Shown: positions 1 through 10,988, counted from the first letter of the stretch. The stretch: 59,954 nt of DNA from a virus (IMGVR_UViG_3300035497_000275:64001-123954), one strand, 5' to 3'. The notes: generated from the letters alone by a model not told the origin. Made by a program: numbers and translations.

Positions 1-417
1 GGTCAAACCGCTGAAGCAGAGAAATGGGCAAGGCTTGCAACAGATGCTTTGAAACAGTTAAATGCTATTGATATTCAAGGCAATATTTCGTCATTTTCTG
101 AATTCTTTCGTGATTTTGAAAGAACACAGGATGTTACACGAATTTTGCCTCAGTTTAAATATAGGCCAAATGATTCGCCGGACTTTATTATTTGGTGTTA
201 TATCAATTATTGTCGTAGACTTGAAGGGAAACCAGAAGTATCATATGAGGACGTTTATAAGTTCTATGATAAAAAGGTTGAAGAATATCTGAAACAGTAT
301 GGTGATCCATACGGGATATTCGCTGGTGATACTACATTAGAAAATCGTGATAAAATCAATGAGTTTATTGATTTGCCTCCAGATTATGAAGCAGAAATGG
401 AGGCTGAACCAGAATGA
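1..417 (+). CDS. 5'-truncated hypothetical protein directly upstream of TerL (positional candidate for a packaging/TerS-type gene)
   Basis: Frame 1 is open from base 1 (GQTAEAEKWARLATDALKQ...) to TGA at 415-417, which overlaps the TerL ATG (ATGA). No diagnostic motif. Confidence 0.5.
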   Translation, partial: GQTAEAEKWARLATDALKQLNAIDIQGNISSFSEFFRDFERTQDVTRILPQFKYRPNDSPDFIIWCYINYCRRLEGKPEVSYEDVYKFYDKKVEEYLKQYGDPYGIFAGDTTLENRDKINEFIDLPPDYEAEMEAEPE

Positions 418-2057
418 CGCAAACAGAACTGAAAAAAGCTGAATATTTTGCGAGTTGGTGGATATGGTATCCTGATTTGGCTCTTGATCTGCTTGCGCCG
501 AAAGAAGGCGGAATCAAACTGCATTTAGATCAGCGGATTTTTATGCGGTCTGGAACACGATTTTTTAGTGAACATGGATGCTTTAATCGTGGTTATGGCA
601 AAACGTTTCTTGAGTTTGCCAACATGGTTATTGTCTGTATTCGATATCCGAATATTGAATTAGCATTAACAGCACAGACAAAAGAAAATGCTGCTGCGCT
701 ATTGAAAGACAAATACAATGAGTTGGTTCGTTATTATCCTATTTTGCAAAACGAGATTGTAAAAACAAGTTTTACAAAGGGTGATGCACTGATTGTTTTT
801 AAGAATGGTGCAAGGATTGATGCCCTTGCAAACGCTCAGACAAGTAAAGGCCAGCGTAGAAAACGTATCAGTATTGAAGAATCAAACTTGATGGATAATG
901 TAATTTTTGAAGATGCGCTTGAGCCTGTCGTGGAAGTTGGTAGAACAACTTGTGGTAAATTGGCTGTTGTAAATCCAGAAGAATTAAACCAGCAAATTAA
1001 CTTTTATACTACGCCCGGTTTCCGTGGTTCTGACGAATATAACAGAAACTTAGCAATGTTCCATGAAATGCGTGATTTGAACGGTAAAATCGTTCTTGGT
1101 TCTAACTGGATGTTAAGTTGCTGGTATGGACGTGGTTCAAGTAAAAGTACGATTCTTAATAAGAAAAAGAATATGTCTCCTATTGCTTTTGATATGAACT
1201 ATGGAGGAAATTGGGTAGGTAGTTCGACTGGAGCATTGATCAATATTAACCGCTTTATGAATTGTCGTACATTAACCGATCCTATTTTGGGGTCTGATAA
1301 TGAAGATGAAGAATTTTATATGGCAGTTGACGTTGCTCGTTCTCAGAACAAAAGTAATAACCAATCTTCAATTGCAGTAGGTAAAGTAATCCGTTCTGAC
1401 GATGGAAAAGTCGCTGAAGTGCAGCTTGTCAATATTATTCATGTTTCTAACACATTGAGTTTTAGTACACAGGCTTGCATTGTTAAGCGTGTTCGTAAGC
1501 GATATCATGCAACAATGGTTGTTGTGGATGGTAACGGACTTGGCACTGGCCTTGTGGACGAACTGCTAAAAGAGACTTACGATCCAAAGAGTGGCGAGAC
1601 ATATGCGGCGTGGGATACTGTTAATACAACAGCAGAACCAGAAACGCAAAAAGCAGATAAATGTCTGTATGACTTAAAAGCGCAGTCTGATCAAACAAGA
1701 ATTATATCAAATTTCATTGATATGGTCGATTCTGGCAAACTTCGTTTCTTAGAAAGTAAGAATGGTGGAGATTATACTATCCGAAATGACGATGATTTGA
1801 ATTCAAAGGTTATGCCTTTTGTTCAGGAAGAACTGTTTTTTCAAGAGGTTGGTAATTTGAAACTAATTCAAAATGGCAAAAATTTGTCAGTTGAAAAGGT
1901 TGTCAGTAAGTTTGATAAAGACCGATTCTCGGCAGTTGCATATCTGCTTTATTATATTATCAAAGTTGATGATACAAATAATCCGAAAAACAATGTGGAT
2001 ATGAAATCATTTGCAAAGCGGCTTCAGGCATTGAACCGTAGACCGAAAATGTATTGA
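414..2057 (+). CDS. terL: Terminase large subunit
   Basis: Walker A-like RGYGKT, Walker B-like ISIEES, RNase H-fold nuclease motifs AVDVAR, VVVDGNGLG and KDRFSA; first gene of the head module. Confidence 0.92.
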   Translation: MTQTELKKAEYFASWWIWYPDLALDLLAPKEGGIKLHLDQRIFMRSGTRFFSEHGCFNRGYGKTFLEFANMVIVCIRYPNIELALTAQTKENAAALLKDKYNELVRYYPILQNEIVKTSFTKGDALIVFKNGARIDALANAQTSKGQRRKRISIEESNLMDNVIFEDALEPVVEVGRTTCGKLAVVNPEELNQQINFYTTPGFRGSDEYNRNLAMFHEMRDLNGKIVLGSNWMLSCWYGRGSSKSTILNKKKNMSPIAFDMNYGGNWVGSSTGALININRFMNCRTLTDPILGSDNEDEEFYMAVDVARSQNKSNNQSSIAVGKVIRSDDGKVAEVQLVNIIHVSNTLSFSTQACIVKRVRKRYHATMVVVDGNGLGTGLVDELLKETYDPKSGETYAAWDTVNTTAEPETQKADKCLYDLKAQSDQTRIISNFIDMVDSGKLRFLESKNGGDYTIRNDDDLNSKVMPFVQEELFFQEVGNLKLIQNGKNLSVEKVVSKFDKDRFSAVAYLLYYIIKVDDTNNPKNNVDMKSFAKRLQALNRRPKMY

Positions 2058-2073
2058 TGAAAGGGGTGATAAA

Positions 2074-3606
2074 ATGCCACAAAAGAAAGTAGTTTATTCA
2101 AAATCAGACCATGATAATGATGTTAAGAATTTTGAAAATTTTGAGGCTGGGAAGTCACGCCTTGATTTAAGTGCATTTAAACGTCTTATGGTTCATGAAT
2201 TGTGTACGAATACAGATATTTTGCGTTCATATAAAATTGGTGTATATCCAGTCGAGAGGATTCAAAGTGCAATTGAAAATCCATCTGTACATTCGACAAT
2301 TTTAATTGAAACAAGCAGATATTTGATGCAGAAATCACAATTCTACGCAAGATTAAATAATTATTTTGCAAAAATGGGGTTATTTAATTATACAATCGAA
2401 GCGTATGATGTGAAAACAGATGATTTAAGTGAAGATGAAACAAGAGTGAAATTTCGTAACGCTTATTTCAATGTAAACGCCGAATTTGAAAAAATGGGAT
2501 TTAAACATGAAATGTCTAAAATTATGAGCATCCTCCCTGTTGAAGATGTTTATTATGGATTAATTTTTGAAGATACGTCAGATTTCTTTATTCAGAGAAT
2601 GAATCCTGCAATTTGTAGAATCTGTCAGATTCAAGATGGTGTATATAACTTTAAAATCAATCTTTCAAGTATTGATCCGATTCACATTTCTACTTATCCA
2701 GATTATATTCAACAGGCATATATTGATTTTAGGAATCATGTTGCGTATCATGACGGCTGGTATGTACCTCCAGCAGAACGTCAGGTTTGTTTTAAATGGA
2801 ATGAATCATGTTTATATCCAATGCCAATGTTCATTTCTATGATTCAAGATATTATGGATTTGGACGTATATAAGAAACTTAAATTGCAAAAAGCAAGAGT
2901 TGATAACTATAAAGCTATTGTAATCGAGGTTCCTATTGATGATGATGCAGTTGATAAACCATTATTGACTGATGAAACATTGGCGATTTTTGCAGAAATG
3001 AATAAAGCTAATATGCCAGATGATATTGGTTTGCTTCATGCTCCCGGTTCTGCGGAAGCTGTTAGTTTCAAAGATAATACGAATAATACGAATAATCTTA
3101 GTGACGCTATTACAAATATTTATGATGGTGCTGGTGTTTCAAGTCAGGTATTTAATAGTGGTTCTTCTGGTACTGCTATGAAATTGTCTATTGAAAATGA
3201 CGCAGCTTATATCTATGCGTTTTATCGTCAATGCGAAAGATTTTTTACACGTTTTATTAAATTGAGAAAATATAATAAAACTTCGTATAAATTCGCATTA
3301 AAAATTCAAAATTCAACTGTATTTAACCATTCTGATGTTGCCGATTCGTATTTAAAGGCTTCGCAGAATGGTTTGCCATTTGTAATTGATTATGGTGTTG
3401 CATTAGGAAAAACACCGAGCCGCATTTTGGGTTCATTGTTCTTAGAGAATGATGTTCTTGATTTGCATTCAAGGTTGATTCCATTGTCTACTTCCTACAC
3501 TATGAGTAGTGATAGTGATTCTGATAATAATGGTCGGCCTACAAGTGATGATTTAGATGAAAGTGGAGAAAAAACGAGGGATTCTGAATCATATTTGAAT
3601 CGTTAA
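2074..3606 (+). CDS. Portal protein
   Basis: 510 aa, between TerL and the protease/scaffold gene; size and synteny. Confidence 0.75.
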   Translation: MPQKKVVYSKSDHDNDVKNFENFEAGKSRLDLSAFKRLMVHELCTNTDILRSYKIGVYPVERIQSAIENPSVHSTILIETSRYLMQKSQFYARLNNYFAKMGLFNYTIEAYDVKTDDLSEDETRVKFRNAYFNVNAEFEKMGFKHEMSKIMSILPVEDVYYGLIFEDTSDFFIQRMNPAICRICQIQDGVYNFKINLSSIDPIHISTYPDYIQQAYIDFRNHVAYHDGWYVPPAERQVCFKWNESCLYPMPMFISMIQDIMDLDVYKKLKLQKARVDNYKAIVIEVPIDDDAVDKPLLTDETLAIFAEMNKANMPDDIGLLHAPGSAEAVSFKDNTNNTNNLSDAITNIYDGAGVSSQVFNSGSSGTAMKLSIENDAAYIYAFYRQCERFFTRFIKLRKYNKTSYKFALKIQNSTVFNHSDVADSYLKASQNGLPFVIDYGVALGKTPSRILGSLFLENDVLDLHSRLIPLSTSYTMSSDSDSDNNGRPTSDDLDESGEKTRDSESYLNR

Positions 3607-3649
3607 TATCACCGTTTTTGGTGTTATTAAAATATTTACAAGAAAGGCG

Positions 3650-5095
3650 GTGATGAAGAAAGTGGGTCAAAAACATAAAAGATTGCCAGTTTCATTTACA
3701 ATTAATGATTGCTTAGAAACAGAAGATTCTCGTTTTCTTGCCATTACGATAGATGTTCTGCATACAGGCTTGAATTTCAACGGAAGTATTTTCACCAAGG
3801 AAGTTGTTGATGCTAATGCCGAAAGCATCAAGAATACCCCTGTTTTGGGGTACATTGCTCTGAATCCAGACGGAGAAATGGATTTTCAAGGTCATGAATA
3901 CAAGACGGTTGTAGATGAAGATGGCGAAAAGCAATATGTATATGCTGGCTCTGCTTACGGCGTAATTCCTGAGTCTTGTAATTGCCGCTGGATTGAAAAG
4001 GTATGTTCTGATGGTGTTTGCCGTGATTTCTTTCAAGTTGACGCATTGCTTTGGACAAAGTTCAATGATGCGGTCACAATTTTTGAACGGGATGGCAGCA
4101 AACCACAAAGTATGGAGTTAGAACTTTCGTCAATCACCGGCGAGGAAAATGATGACGGTACATTTACATTCACTGGATTTAATTTCGATGGGTGTTGCTT
4201 GCTGTCATCGACAGATGAAAGTATTCAACCAGCTATGATTGACAGTTTGGCGGTTGCACAATATACCGCACAGTCAATTTCACAGGAAATTAAAAATAAA
4301 TTGCAAGAATACTCTATTTCTGTTGCTGAAAAATTAAAGGATGATAAAGGAGGCATTGATATGTCTAAGCCTAATTCTGATTTCACCTTGAATTTGATGG
4401 AGCAATTGGATGAAATTTATGCCTTGTTGTCCGAAAAGACTTATCGTGACAATTGGGGTTATGAATGTTCTCAGTATTGTTTTGTTGATGTTCAGGATGA
4501 TGAAATTATCGTGATGGATCGTGCTGACCATTATCGGATGTATGGCATGAAGTTCACTGTTGATGGCGATAAGATTACTATTGACTTTGAAAGTGCAAGC
4601 CGTAAAAAGACTAAGTATGAGAATTTGGAAGATGGTTCTAATGATAATGAATCATTTGTGTTCGAGAAGGCCGTTTCTGATGTTGCGGATTATATGAACG
4701 AGCAAATTAATACTTTGACTGCTGATAAGGGTACAGCGGAGGCAAATTATGAGGCTGTCAAAAAGGATTATGACGAAATGAAGCCGAAGTATGATGCCTA
4801 TGTAGTTGCTGAACAGGCTCGTGAGGAAGCTGCTGTGGAGGCCGCTAAAGATGCGGAGTTCCAGAAGTATGATCAGCATTTGAATGATGTTGCAAAGTAC
4901 ACTACGCTCAAGTCTGAACGTGATAAGTATTCTTTGGATGACATTCAGGCACAATGCGCTATTATGTTCGCAGAAAAGAATCTGAATAGCAACTTCAGTC
5001 GTAAGGGCGCAGCACCTATGGTTGCTCCTGTTGTTGAGCCGACATCATCTGTTGAAGTGAATTCACGGTATGGTGTTCTGCCCATGAAGAAATAA
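3650..5095 (+). CDS. Prohead protease/scaffold fusion
   Basis: N-terminal LHTGLNFNGSIF and QSMEL motifs, acidic helical/coiled-coil C-terminal half, position between portal and capsid genes. The start may be GTG 3662. Confidence 0.62.
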   Translation: MMKKVGQKHKRLPVSFTINDCLETEDSRFLAITIDVLHTGLNFNGSIFTKEVVDANAESIKNTPVLGYIALNPDGEMDFQGHEYKTVVDEDGEKQYVYAGSAYGVIPESCNCRWIEKVCSDGVCRDFFQVDALLWTKFNDAVTIFERDGSKPQSMELELSSITGEENDDGTFTFTGFNFDGCCLLSSTDESIQPAMIDSLAVAQYTAQSISQEIKNKLQEYSISVAEKLKDDKGGIDMSKPNSDFTLNLMEQLDEIYALLSEKTYRDNWGYECSQYCFVDVQDDEIIVMDRADHYRMYGMKFTVDGDKITIDFESASRKKTKYENLEDGSNDNESFVFEKAVSDVADYMNEQINTLTADKGTAEANYEAVKKDYDEMKPKYDAYVVAEQAREEAAVEAAKDAEFQKYDQHLNDVAKYTTLKSERDKYSLDDIQAQCAIMFAEKNLNSNFSRKGAAPMVAPVVEPTSSVEVNSRYGVLPMKK

Positions 5096-5121
5096 GAATT
5101 TGAAAGAGAGGTATTAAGACT

Positions 5122-5691
5122 ATGGATAAGAACTACACTGTCGTTGAGACTTCTAAGATCGCCGCAGTTCGTGGTGGCGGTCATATTTATAGCTTGATTT
5201 CCGATGACGAAGTTCAGAATGGTCACATTGGTTTCGTTGGCGATTTGGCTGCTGACGTGGAAGGTTTGGAAACACATGAGTTTGTCGTGCCTTCTGCCGC
5301 TACCATCGGCAAGAAGCGGGCTGTTCTGGTTGCTAATCCTGAGTGGGATTATGATGAAACTCGCCGTTCTAATCAAGCGTTGTATAACTACATCAATGAG
5401 GCCGATAAGCCTTTCCGTGCTTATGGTTTGATGGAGGGCGATATGTACGCTGTTTCCGCCCCCGGTATTGATGCTGATGAGCCTGTTGTGGGCAAGTATG
5501 TGATTCTGGCAGACGGTAAGACCACCGTGAAGATGGTTGAGGAAGCTGCTACCGCTGGTCAGGGTTTTGTTGGTCGCATTATTGGTTCTGCGAAGCGTGG
5601 TCTTGGTTGGACTACTAAGGGTGGTCGTGTGTATGGTCGGCCTTATATCGTCTACTTTATCGAGATTCTGCGGAACGATATTGTGGGTTAA
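5122..5691 (+). CDS. Putative capsid decoration/cement protein
   Basis: 189 aa, beta-rich, codon use of a highly expressed gene, immediately upstream of the major capsid gene. Confidence 0.5.
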   Translation: MDKNYTVVETSKIAAVRGGGHIYSLISDDEVQNGHIGFVGDLAADVEGLETHEFVVPSAATIGKKRAVLVANPEWDYDETRRSNQALYNYINEADKPFRAYGLMEGDMYAVSAPGIDADEPVVGKYVILADGKTTVKMVEEAATAGQGFVGRIIGSAKRGLGWTTKGGRVYGRPYIVYFIEILRNDIVG

Positions 5692-5716
5692 TTAGTAGAA
5701 AGAGAGGTATGTGAAT

Positions 5717-6790
5717 ATGGCGTGTGATATGACTAAACTGGCTAACTTCTCTGTTGAGAAGCAGCAGTTGATCGCTACCTGTGTTGATAATTACACTGGC
5801 GATTTGTGCAACTTTGCTTCTGCTAACGCTGATACAAGTGCTGGCAGCATGGATGCGAATATTCGTGAGCGTTTCGAGAAGGAAATTCTGCATGGTGAAA
5901 AGTACAATTATCGTACCTATCGCAAGTACAAGAATGACATTTTCGAGATTTTGGAAGTGACTCTGGATCAGACATTGCCAGAGGGTTGGCGGGAGAATGA
6001 GTTCTTTGATCGCTTTGTTGAAACCATTCGTGTTGACTTGGGCGATAAGAATGAGTTCTATGCCGAGGATAATGGCTATATGACCGTTTCTAAGTTCAGT
6101 GGCAATCATTGGGATACTGCTCGTGAGCGCATGGACTTGGGTGCGGAGTTCTCCGTGGATACTTCTTGGTGGGAGGTTCACTTCTACAATGAGTTTGAGC
6201 GGTTCATGAAGAACATTGATTCCTTTAGCAAGATGCTGGACAAGGCTCGTAAGTCCTTCTTACAGGCTTTCCAGAATGCAGTTTATATTGCCTTTGCCGA
6301 TCTTGGTAACACTGTTCCCGAAGGTTTTACTGGTCACGGTGCGCTGTCCAGCGATACCGAGCGTGACGAGTTGCTGGAACTGATTGATAAGGTGTCTGTC
6401 GCAAATGGCGGCGTGAAGCCCATTCTGGTCGGTACTGGTGCCGCTCTGCGTAAGTTGCAGAAGAACATTGATGAGGATTGGATTGCACCTTCTGCCAAGG
6501 AGGAACGCAAGGCAAATGGCATTATTTCCAGTTGGGAAGGTTATGACCTGATGCCCATTCCGCAGGTGTTCAAGCAGGGTACTTTCGAGTTTGCGCTGTC
6601 TACTACTCGTATCCTGATTCTTGCCACTAATGGCAAGCCCATTAAGTTTGTCTTTGAGGGTGATTCTCGTCTGAAGGACAACACTGATAACCGTGCTAAC
6701 ATGGATCAGACTCTTGAGGGTCAGATTCAGGTTAAGGCTGGCGTTGCGGCTGTCACCAGTGACATTATTGGTGATTGGGAACTGGCCTAA
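5717..6790 (+). CDS. Major capsid protein (HK97 fold inferred)
   Basis: About 357 aa, SD GAGAGG, strong codon bias, synteny; C-terminal GQIQVKAGVAAV beta strand typical of capsid proteins. Confidence 0.8.
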   Translation: MACDMTKLANFSVEKQQLIATCVDNYTGDLCNFASANADTSAGSMDANIRERFEKEILHGEKYNYRTYRKYKNDIFEILEVTLDQTLPEGWRENEFFDRFVETIRVDLGDKNEFYAEDNGYMTVSKFSGNHWDTARERMDLGAEFSVDTSWWEVHFYNEFERFMKNIDSFSKMLDKARKSFLQAFQNAVYIAFADLGNTVPEGFTGHGALSSDTERDELLELIDKVSVANGGVKPILVGTGAALRKLQKNIDEDWIAPSAKEERKANGIISSWEGYDLMPIPQVFKQGTFEFALSTTRILILATNGKPIKFVFEGDSRLKDNTDNRANMDQTLEGQIQVKAGVAAVTSDIIGDWELA

Positions 6791-6823
6791 TTTTAAAATT
6801 GAATTTTTTAGGAGGCGTTATAA

Positions 6824-7351
6824 TTGGCACAGGAAGTTTTAAATAAAAACGTTGAAAATCCTGAAATCGGAGCGGCGGGTGAAACCCCCGCTGCTCCTGC
6901 CACTTCTCCCACTTTGAACGATGATACTAAAATTATTGTAAAGGCACTTGTTCCTGCCGTTTATTATACTTGTTCAAAGACTTTTGATACGTTTGCATGG
7001 GTGGAAGTTGGTGATACGCAGGAAATGACTTATCTTCAGCTTAAACTTATGAAAGCAAAACACCCACGCTACTTTACGGAAAAGTGGTTGCTGCCCTGTG
7101 ATGACGAGGCGTTGAATAAACTGAACCTGACTTCTGTTTATCGAAATACTTTGAGCCGTGGTGATATGAAGATTCTATATGGTTCTGATGTTCAGGCAGC
7201 GGAGGATTTGCTTTCTGGCCTGAGTGATGATGCTTTGACCGAATTGACTCAAAAGGTAAAGAATGCCGTTAAGAATGGAAAGATTGTCAATATTAAGATC
7301 ATCCGTTTGCTTGAAAAGCAATTGGGCGTTGAGTTAATGAAGTTAGTGTAA
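6824..7351 (+). CDS. Hypothetical virion/head-completion protein
   Basis: TTG start with SD AGGAGG; follows the capsid gene. Confidence 0.5.
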   Translation: MAQEVLNKNVENPEIGAAGETPAAPATSPTLNDDTKIIVKALVPAVYYTCSKTFDTFAWVEVGDTQEMTYLQLKLMKAKHPRYFTEKWLLPCDDEALNKLNLTSVYRNTLSRGDMKILYGSDVQAAEDLLSGLSDDALTELTQKVKNAVKNGKIVNIKIIRLLEKQLGVELMKLV

Positions 7352-7369
7352 AGGAGGTGTATTCCCAAT

Positions 7370-7783
7370 ATGGGTACTTCTTTTACGGAATTGTATGAAA
7401 GTGTTTTGAGTAAAATTCGTGATTATGATTTTTTAAACTTGGAACAATCTGATATTTACGAAGTATTATCTGATTATGTTCGTCCTGCTATTGCATCATT
7501 TCATGTTTGCAGACAAGATTTGTCGAAGCGGAATGAAACCGGGTTTGAATGTACATTAACGGATATGGAAATTGAAATTCTTTCAAACTATATGGTAATT
7601 GCTTATCTTGACAGCAATTACATTCGTGTTCCGATGGCATTAAAGTTAAGTTTGTCGAGCAAAGATTTCAATGCCTTCTCCCCCGCTAACCAGCTTGATA
7701 AACTGGTATCAATGCGGGAAACATTTCGGAAGGATAATGAAACTTTACTATCAAGATATTCTTGGCATAAGCAATCCACATAA
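7370..7783 (+). CDS. Putative head-tail adaptor (connector)
   Basis: 137 aa helical protein, SD AAGGAGGT, neck-region synteny. Confidence 0.5.
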   Translation: MGTSFTELYESVLSKIRDYDFLNLEQSDIYEVLSDYVRPAIASFHVCRQDLSKRNETGFECTLTDMEIEILSNYMVIAYLDSNYIRVPMALKLSLSSKDFNAFSPANQLDKLVSMRETFRKDNETLLSRYSWHKQST

Positions 7784-7800
7784 TTGGAGGTGATTGATCT

Positions 7801-8574
7801 GTGGGAGGTTATGAGAATTTTTTAAAACGGATGAATGCTGGCGGAAAGACAATGCGTGAAGAACAAATTGAAAATGCTTTGCATTTGGTTCGTCAAACTT
7901 TTGCAGATGATCCATCTTATATTGTGGACGGTGTTACAGTATGGAATACAAATAGGCTGATACATCCAAGAATTTATTCAGACAAGTATCGGTCTACTTC
8001 CCCGGCACAAGCCAGTATACAGACTATGATTAATGAGCCGTTTTATATGGGGGATGTGATCCCGTGGCCTAATCATGGATATTGGCTGTGTGTCAATGCA
8101 AATAATTTGCATGGGATTCAGTGGGAAGGAACTTTGTCGTTCTGCAATCATAAAGTTAAATTCTTTTCCCCGTTGAATGGAGAACTTGTTGAATATCCAA
8201 TTAGTGTTTTAAATGCAACACAGTATGGCAGCGGTCAGACTGATAAATGGGATGACGAATTGCGTATGACAATTGGTACTTCACAACAGATTGTGTACAT
8301 TTCATTTGATAAGCATACAGTTTTATTGGATAGTGGATTTCGGTTTTTGTTAGACAGAAATCAAACCTTACCAACTGCTTATCAAATTACGCAAGTTGAT
8401 ACGATTAGTTATTCTGATGGTGGAGATAAAGGTTATATTCAATTGACAGTGATTGAGGATCAGTATAACCCAAAGACAGATAACAAAGAATTAATGATTG
8501 CAAACTACACACCTGATCCTGTTGGGACAGGCGAAGAATTAAAAGACACAGATAAAAGTGATCAATGGATTTGA
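7801..8574 (+). CDS. Putative head closure/neck protein
   Basis: 257 aa beta-rich protein in the neck position. Confidence 0.45.
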   Translation: MGGYENFLKRMNAGGKTMREEQIENALHLVRQTFADDPSYIVDGVTVWNTNRLIHPRIYSDKYRSTSPAQASIQTMINEPFYMGDVIPWPNHGYWLCVNANNLHGIQWEGTLSFCNHKVKFFSPLNGELVEYPISVLNATQYGSGQTDKWDDELRMTIGTSQQIVYISFDKHTVLLDSGFRFLLDRNQTLPTAYQITQVDTISYSDGGDKGYIQLTVIEDQYNPKTDNKELMIANYTPDPVGTGEELKDTDKSDQWI

Positions 8575-8584
8575 GGTGATGTGG

Positions 8585-9076
8585 ATGGCATTATTGCACG
8601 AATTAACTGATTATCGAAAAGCAATTATGAAATTGCTGTGTAGTGATCAAAAAATTGTTGATTTGATTAATGACAAATCAGATTCTCAAGTTCCTGATCG
8701 CTCATTGATGTATAGTCGCATATTCCCATATGCTTATACGCCAGACACGACAAAGGAAACAGATACATATGTCTGTTTTCGTATTTATGTTCCAGAAGTG
8801 TTTAATAAGACTTTCAAGAAAATGAATATCGTGTTCTATATATTTTCACACCAGAGTCATATCCGTACAAGTGATGGATTGCGCCCTGATTTGATTGCGG
8901 AACGGATTGAAAACTTGTTTAATGGTTCAATGGATTTAGGTGTTGGGCGTATGAAATTAGAGGGAATGGATGATATTAGTCCCGCTACTAATTTTCATGG
9001 TATTGCGCTTGAATATACTGTGTCTGAATTCAACAGGCCAACGATCAACGGTGATCCAAGAGCGGGTGCGAAGTAA
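8585..9076 (+). CDS. Putative tail terminator/neck protein
   Basis: SD GAGGTG before ATG 8585; RIFPY...RPDLIAERIENLFNG pattern and synteny. Confidence 0.5.
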   Translation: MALLHELTDYRKAIMKLLCSDQKIVDLINDKSDSQVPDRSLMYSRIFPYAYTPDTTKETDTYVCFRIYVPEVFNKTFKKMNIVFYIFSHQSHIRTSDGLRPDLIAERIENLFNGSMDLGVGRMKLEGMDDISPATNFHGIALEYTVSEFNRPTINGDPRAGAK

Positions 9077-9804
9077 TGATTCAAAAGCCAAATTTACTTC
9101 GTATTAGTGATTATCCAATCAATGATAAAATTTCAGTTCATGTGCCAACTGTGGATGAAATATTTGAATTTGGAGATCAAAAATATTATAGCATGGTTCA
9201 ATCATTGGTTTCAACACCATTTGATTTAATGGTCGAACTTGATGATATAGGAATTGATTATGAATCTATTTCAGATTATCAGTTATTTGTTCTTATGATA
9301 GAATCGCTTGCAATTGGTCAAGAGAATACTTCTATTTTGTTTAATGGTTTAGATTTAAAGAATTTTCGTGAATCTATTAGTCCGCAGAATAAAGAGAGAA
9401 TTCTATATGACGCAAAACATGATATTGTTATAGACCAAATGATTGCTTTGGAAATTTGTAATGCGATACGAAAGATTCATTTTTGGGATGCTCCGCAAGG
9501 TCACGCTGGCAATGCGGAAGCAAAACAATATTTGATTCAGCGTAATCGAATGAAAAAGAAACGACTTGCTAAAAAGCCGTATAAATCATTTCTTGAAAAC
9601 ATTATTATTTCATTGGTCAATACTGAAGAATTCAAGTATGACTATGAAACAGTAATGAATTTAAGTGTCTATAAATTAAACGCAAGTTGGCGACAGATTC
9701 AAAAGAAAAAGAATTGGGAACAGACGATGAATGGTGCTTATTTTGGCACTGTTGATTTGTCTAAAATTAATCTTGAAAAGATTAGTTGGCTATCACCAGA
9801 TTAA
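9076..9804 (+). CDS. Hypothetical tail-region protein
   Basis: 242 aa, translationally coupled (TAATG) to the upstream gene. Confidence 0.55.
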   Translation: MIQKPNLLRISDYPINDKISVHVPTVDEIFEFGDQKYYSMVQSLVSTPFDLMVELDDIGIDYESISDYQLFVLMIESLAIGQENTSILFNGLDLKNFRESISPQNKERILYDAKHDIVIDQMIALEICNAIRKIHFWDAPQGHAGNAEAKQYLIQRNRMKKKRLAKKPYKSFLENIIISLVNTEEFKYDYETVMNLSVYKLNASWRQIQKKKNWEQTMNGAYFGTVDLSKINLEKISWLSPD

Positions 9805-9823
9805 GTTCTGGTGATTTATTTTT
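9792..9823 (+). terminator. Intrinsic terminator-like hairpin before the tail tube gene
   Basis: ATCACCAGA-ttaagt-TCTGGTGAT followed by TTATTTTT. Confidence 0.6.
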
Positions 9824-9846
9824 GTAAAATAAAGGAGGAAAGCATT

Positions 9847-10653
9847 ATGTCAATTAATGTTAGTGATTTGTCCATCACCAGCCTTGAGACTATTATGGTT
9901 TTTGGTATTAATGGCGGCGCACATCGTTTTACTTTGGACGAACTGCAAAATGCCACTATCTCCAATAGTCAGGAGAATACTGCTCTGACTGGTAAGGGTG
10001 GTCGTACCATTGGTCAGTTGAAGCGGAATAAGTCTGTTACCGTGTCTGGTACTAACGGTATGGTTTCTATGGGTTTGGTCGAGGTGGAAGTTGGTGCTTC
10101 TGGTGAACATCTGGCTTCTACTCCCGTTAAGGTTCCTGATTATCTGACTGTGAAGGATAACGCTGCTACCACTACTTATAAGGCTGTCGGTACTGTTGGT
10201 GATGAGATTGGTGAAGTCATCGTGAAGAATGAGGATGGCACTATTAAGGTTCGTCTGACTCAGGATGCAACTGCCAGCACTGGTAAGTTTGCTTACGATC
10301 CTTCTACCAAGAAGTTGACCTTTGCAGAGGGCGAGGTTGCTGATGACACTTCTATTGTTGTGTATTACATCCGCAACGTTGAGGGTGACGTGATCAGCAA
10401 CGTGTCCGATAACTATTCTGAAAAGGTCGAAATGTATGTGGATGCTCTGGCTGAAGATAAGTGCCACAATATTTATCATGTTCAGTTCTACATCCCCTAT
10501 GCTGACTTCACTGGTAGTTTTGATCTGGCCTTGGGCGACAGCCAGACTACTCATGGATTTGAGGCAACCAGTCTGCCTTCCACTTGTGGCAATGGCAGCA
10601 CCAAGTATTGGGATCTCACGGTATTCGGGAACGATGCCGAGGATGCGGCCTAA
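9847..10653 (+). CDS. Major tail (tube) protein
   Basis: SD AAGGAGG, strong codon bias, T/G/V-rich beta protein, position upstream of the tape measure gene. Confidence 0.72.
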   Translation: MSINVSDLSITSLETIMVFGINGGAHRFTLDELQNATISNSQENTALTGKGGRTIGQLKRNKSVTVSGTNGMVSMGLVEVEVGASGEHLASTPVKVPDYLTVKDNAATTTYKAVGTVGDEIGEVIVKNEDGTIKVRLTQDATASTGKFAYDPSTKKLTFAEGEVADDTSIVVYYIRNVEGDVISNVSDNYSEKVEMYVDALAEDKCHNIYHVQFYIPYADFTGSFDLALGDSQTTHGFEATSLPSTCGNGSTKYWDLTVFGNDAEDAA

Positions 10654-10666
10654 TAGGTGATTCCAT

Positions 10667-10951
10667 ATGGAGAATCGAACAGTACCATGCCGTGTATGCG
10701 GCAAACTGTTTGTTCCCTGTAATAAATCCAGTCGTTCTTTAGGTGCTTTTAATTATCGTAGTGTTGCTTGCAGTCCTGAATGCGGTGCTGAATATCTGCG
10801 CCGTGTTCAGGCTGCTCGTAACCCTGTGGTAGTCACCGAAGATGTAATCCCTGATGCAATCGTGTCTACGGATCAAGCGGTTGAAGAAGAAATTCAGCCT
10901 ACGGAGCGTACTGTACGCAAAAAGATTAAACAGGGAACAGATGAAGAATAA
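10667..10951 (+). CDS. Small Zn-finger protein (CxxC...CxxxC)
   Basis: CRVCGKLF...VACSPEC motif. Confidence 0.6.
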   Translation: MENRTVPCRVCGKLFVPCNKSSRSLGAFNYRSVACSPECGAEYLRRVQAARNPVVVTEDVIPDAIVSTDQAVEEEIQPTERTVRKKIKQGTDEE

Positions 10952-10957
10952 GAGGAC

Positions 10958-10988
10958 GGGAGGGGTTATCCCCTCCCCTACTTTTATA
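10958..10988 (+). terminator. Terminator-like hairpin
   Basis: GGGAGGGG-ttat-CCCCTCCC followed by a T-rich tract. Confidence 0.6.

Noticed and set aside
9850-10704. 284-aa antisense ORF
   Set aside because: Shadow of the strongly codon-biased tail tube gene; no SD or motif.
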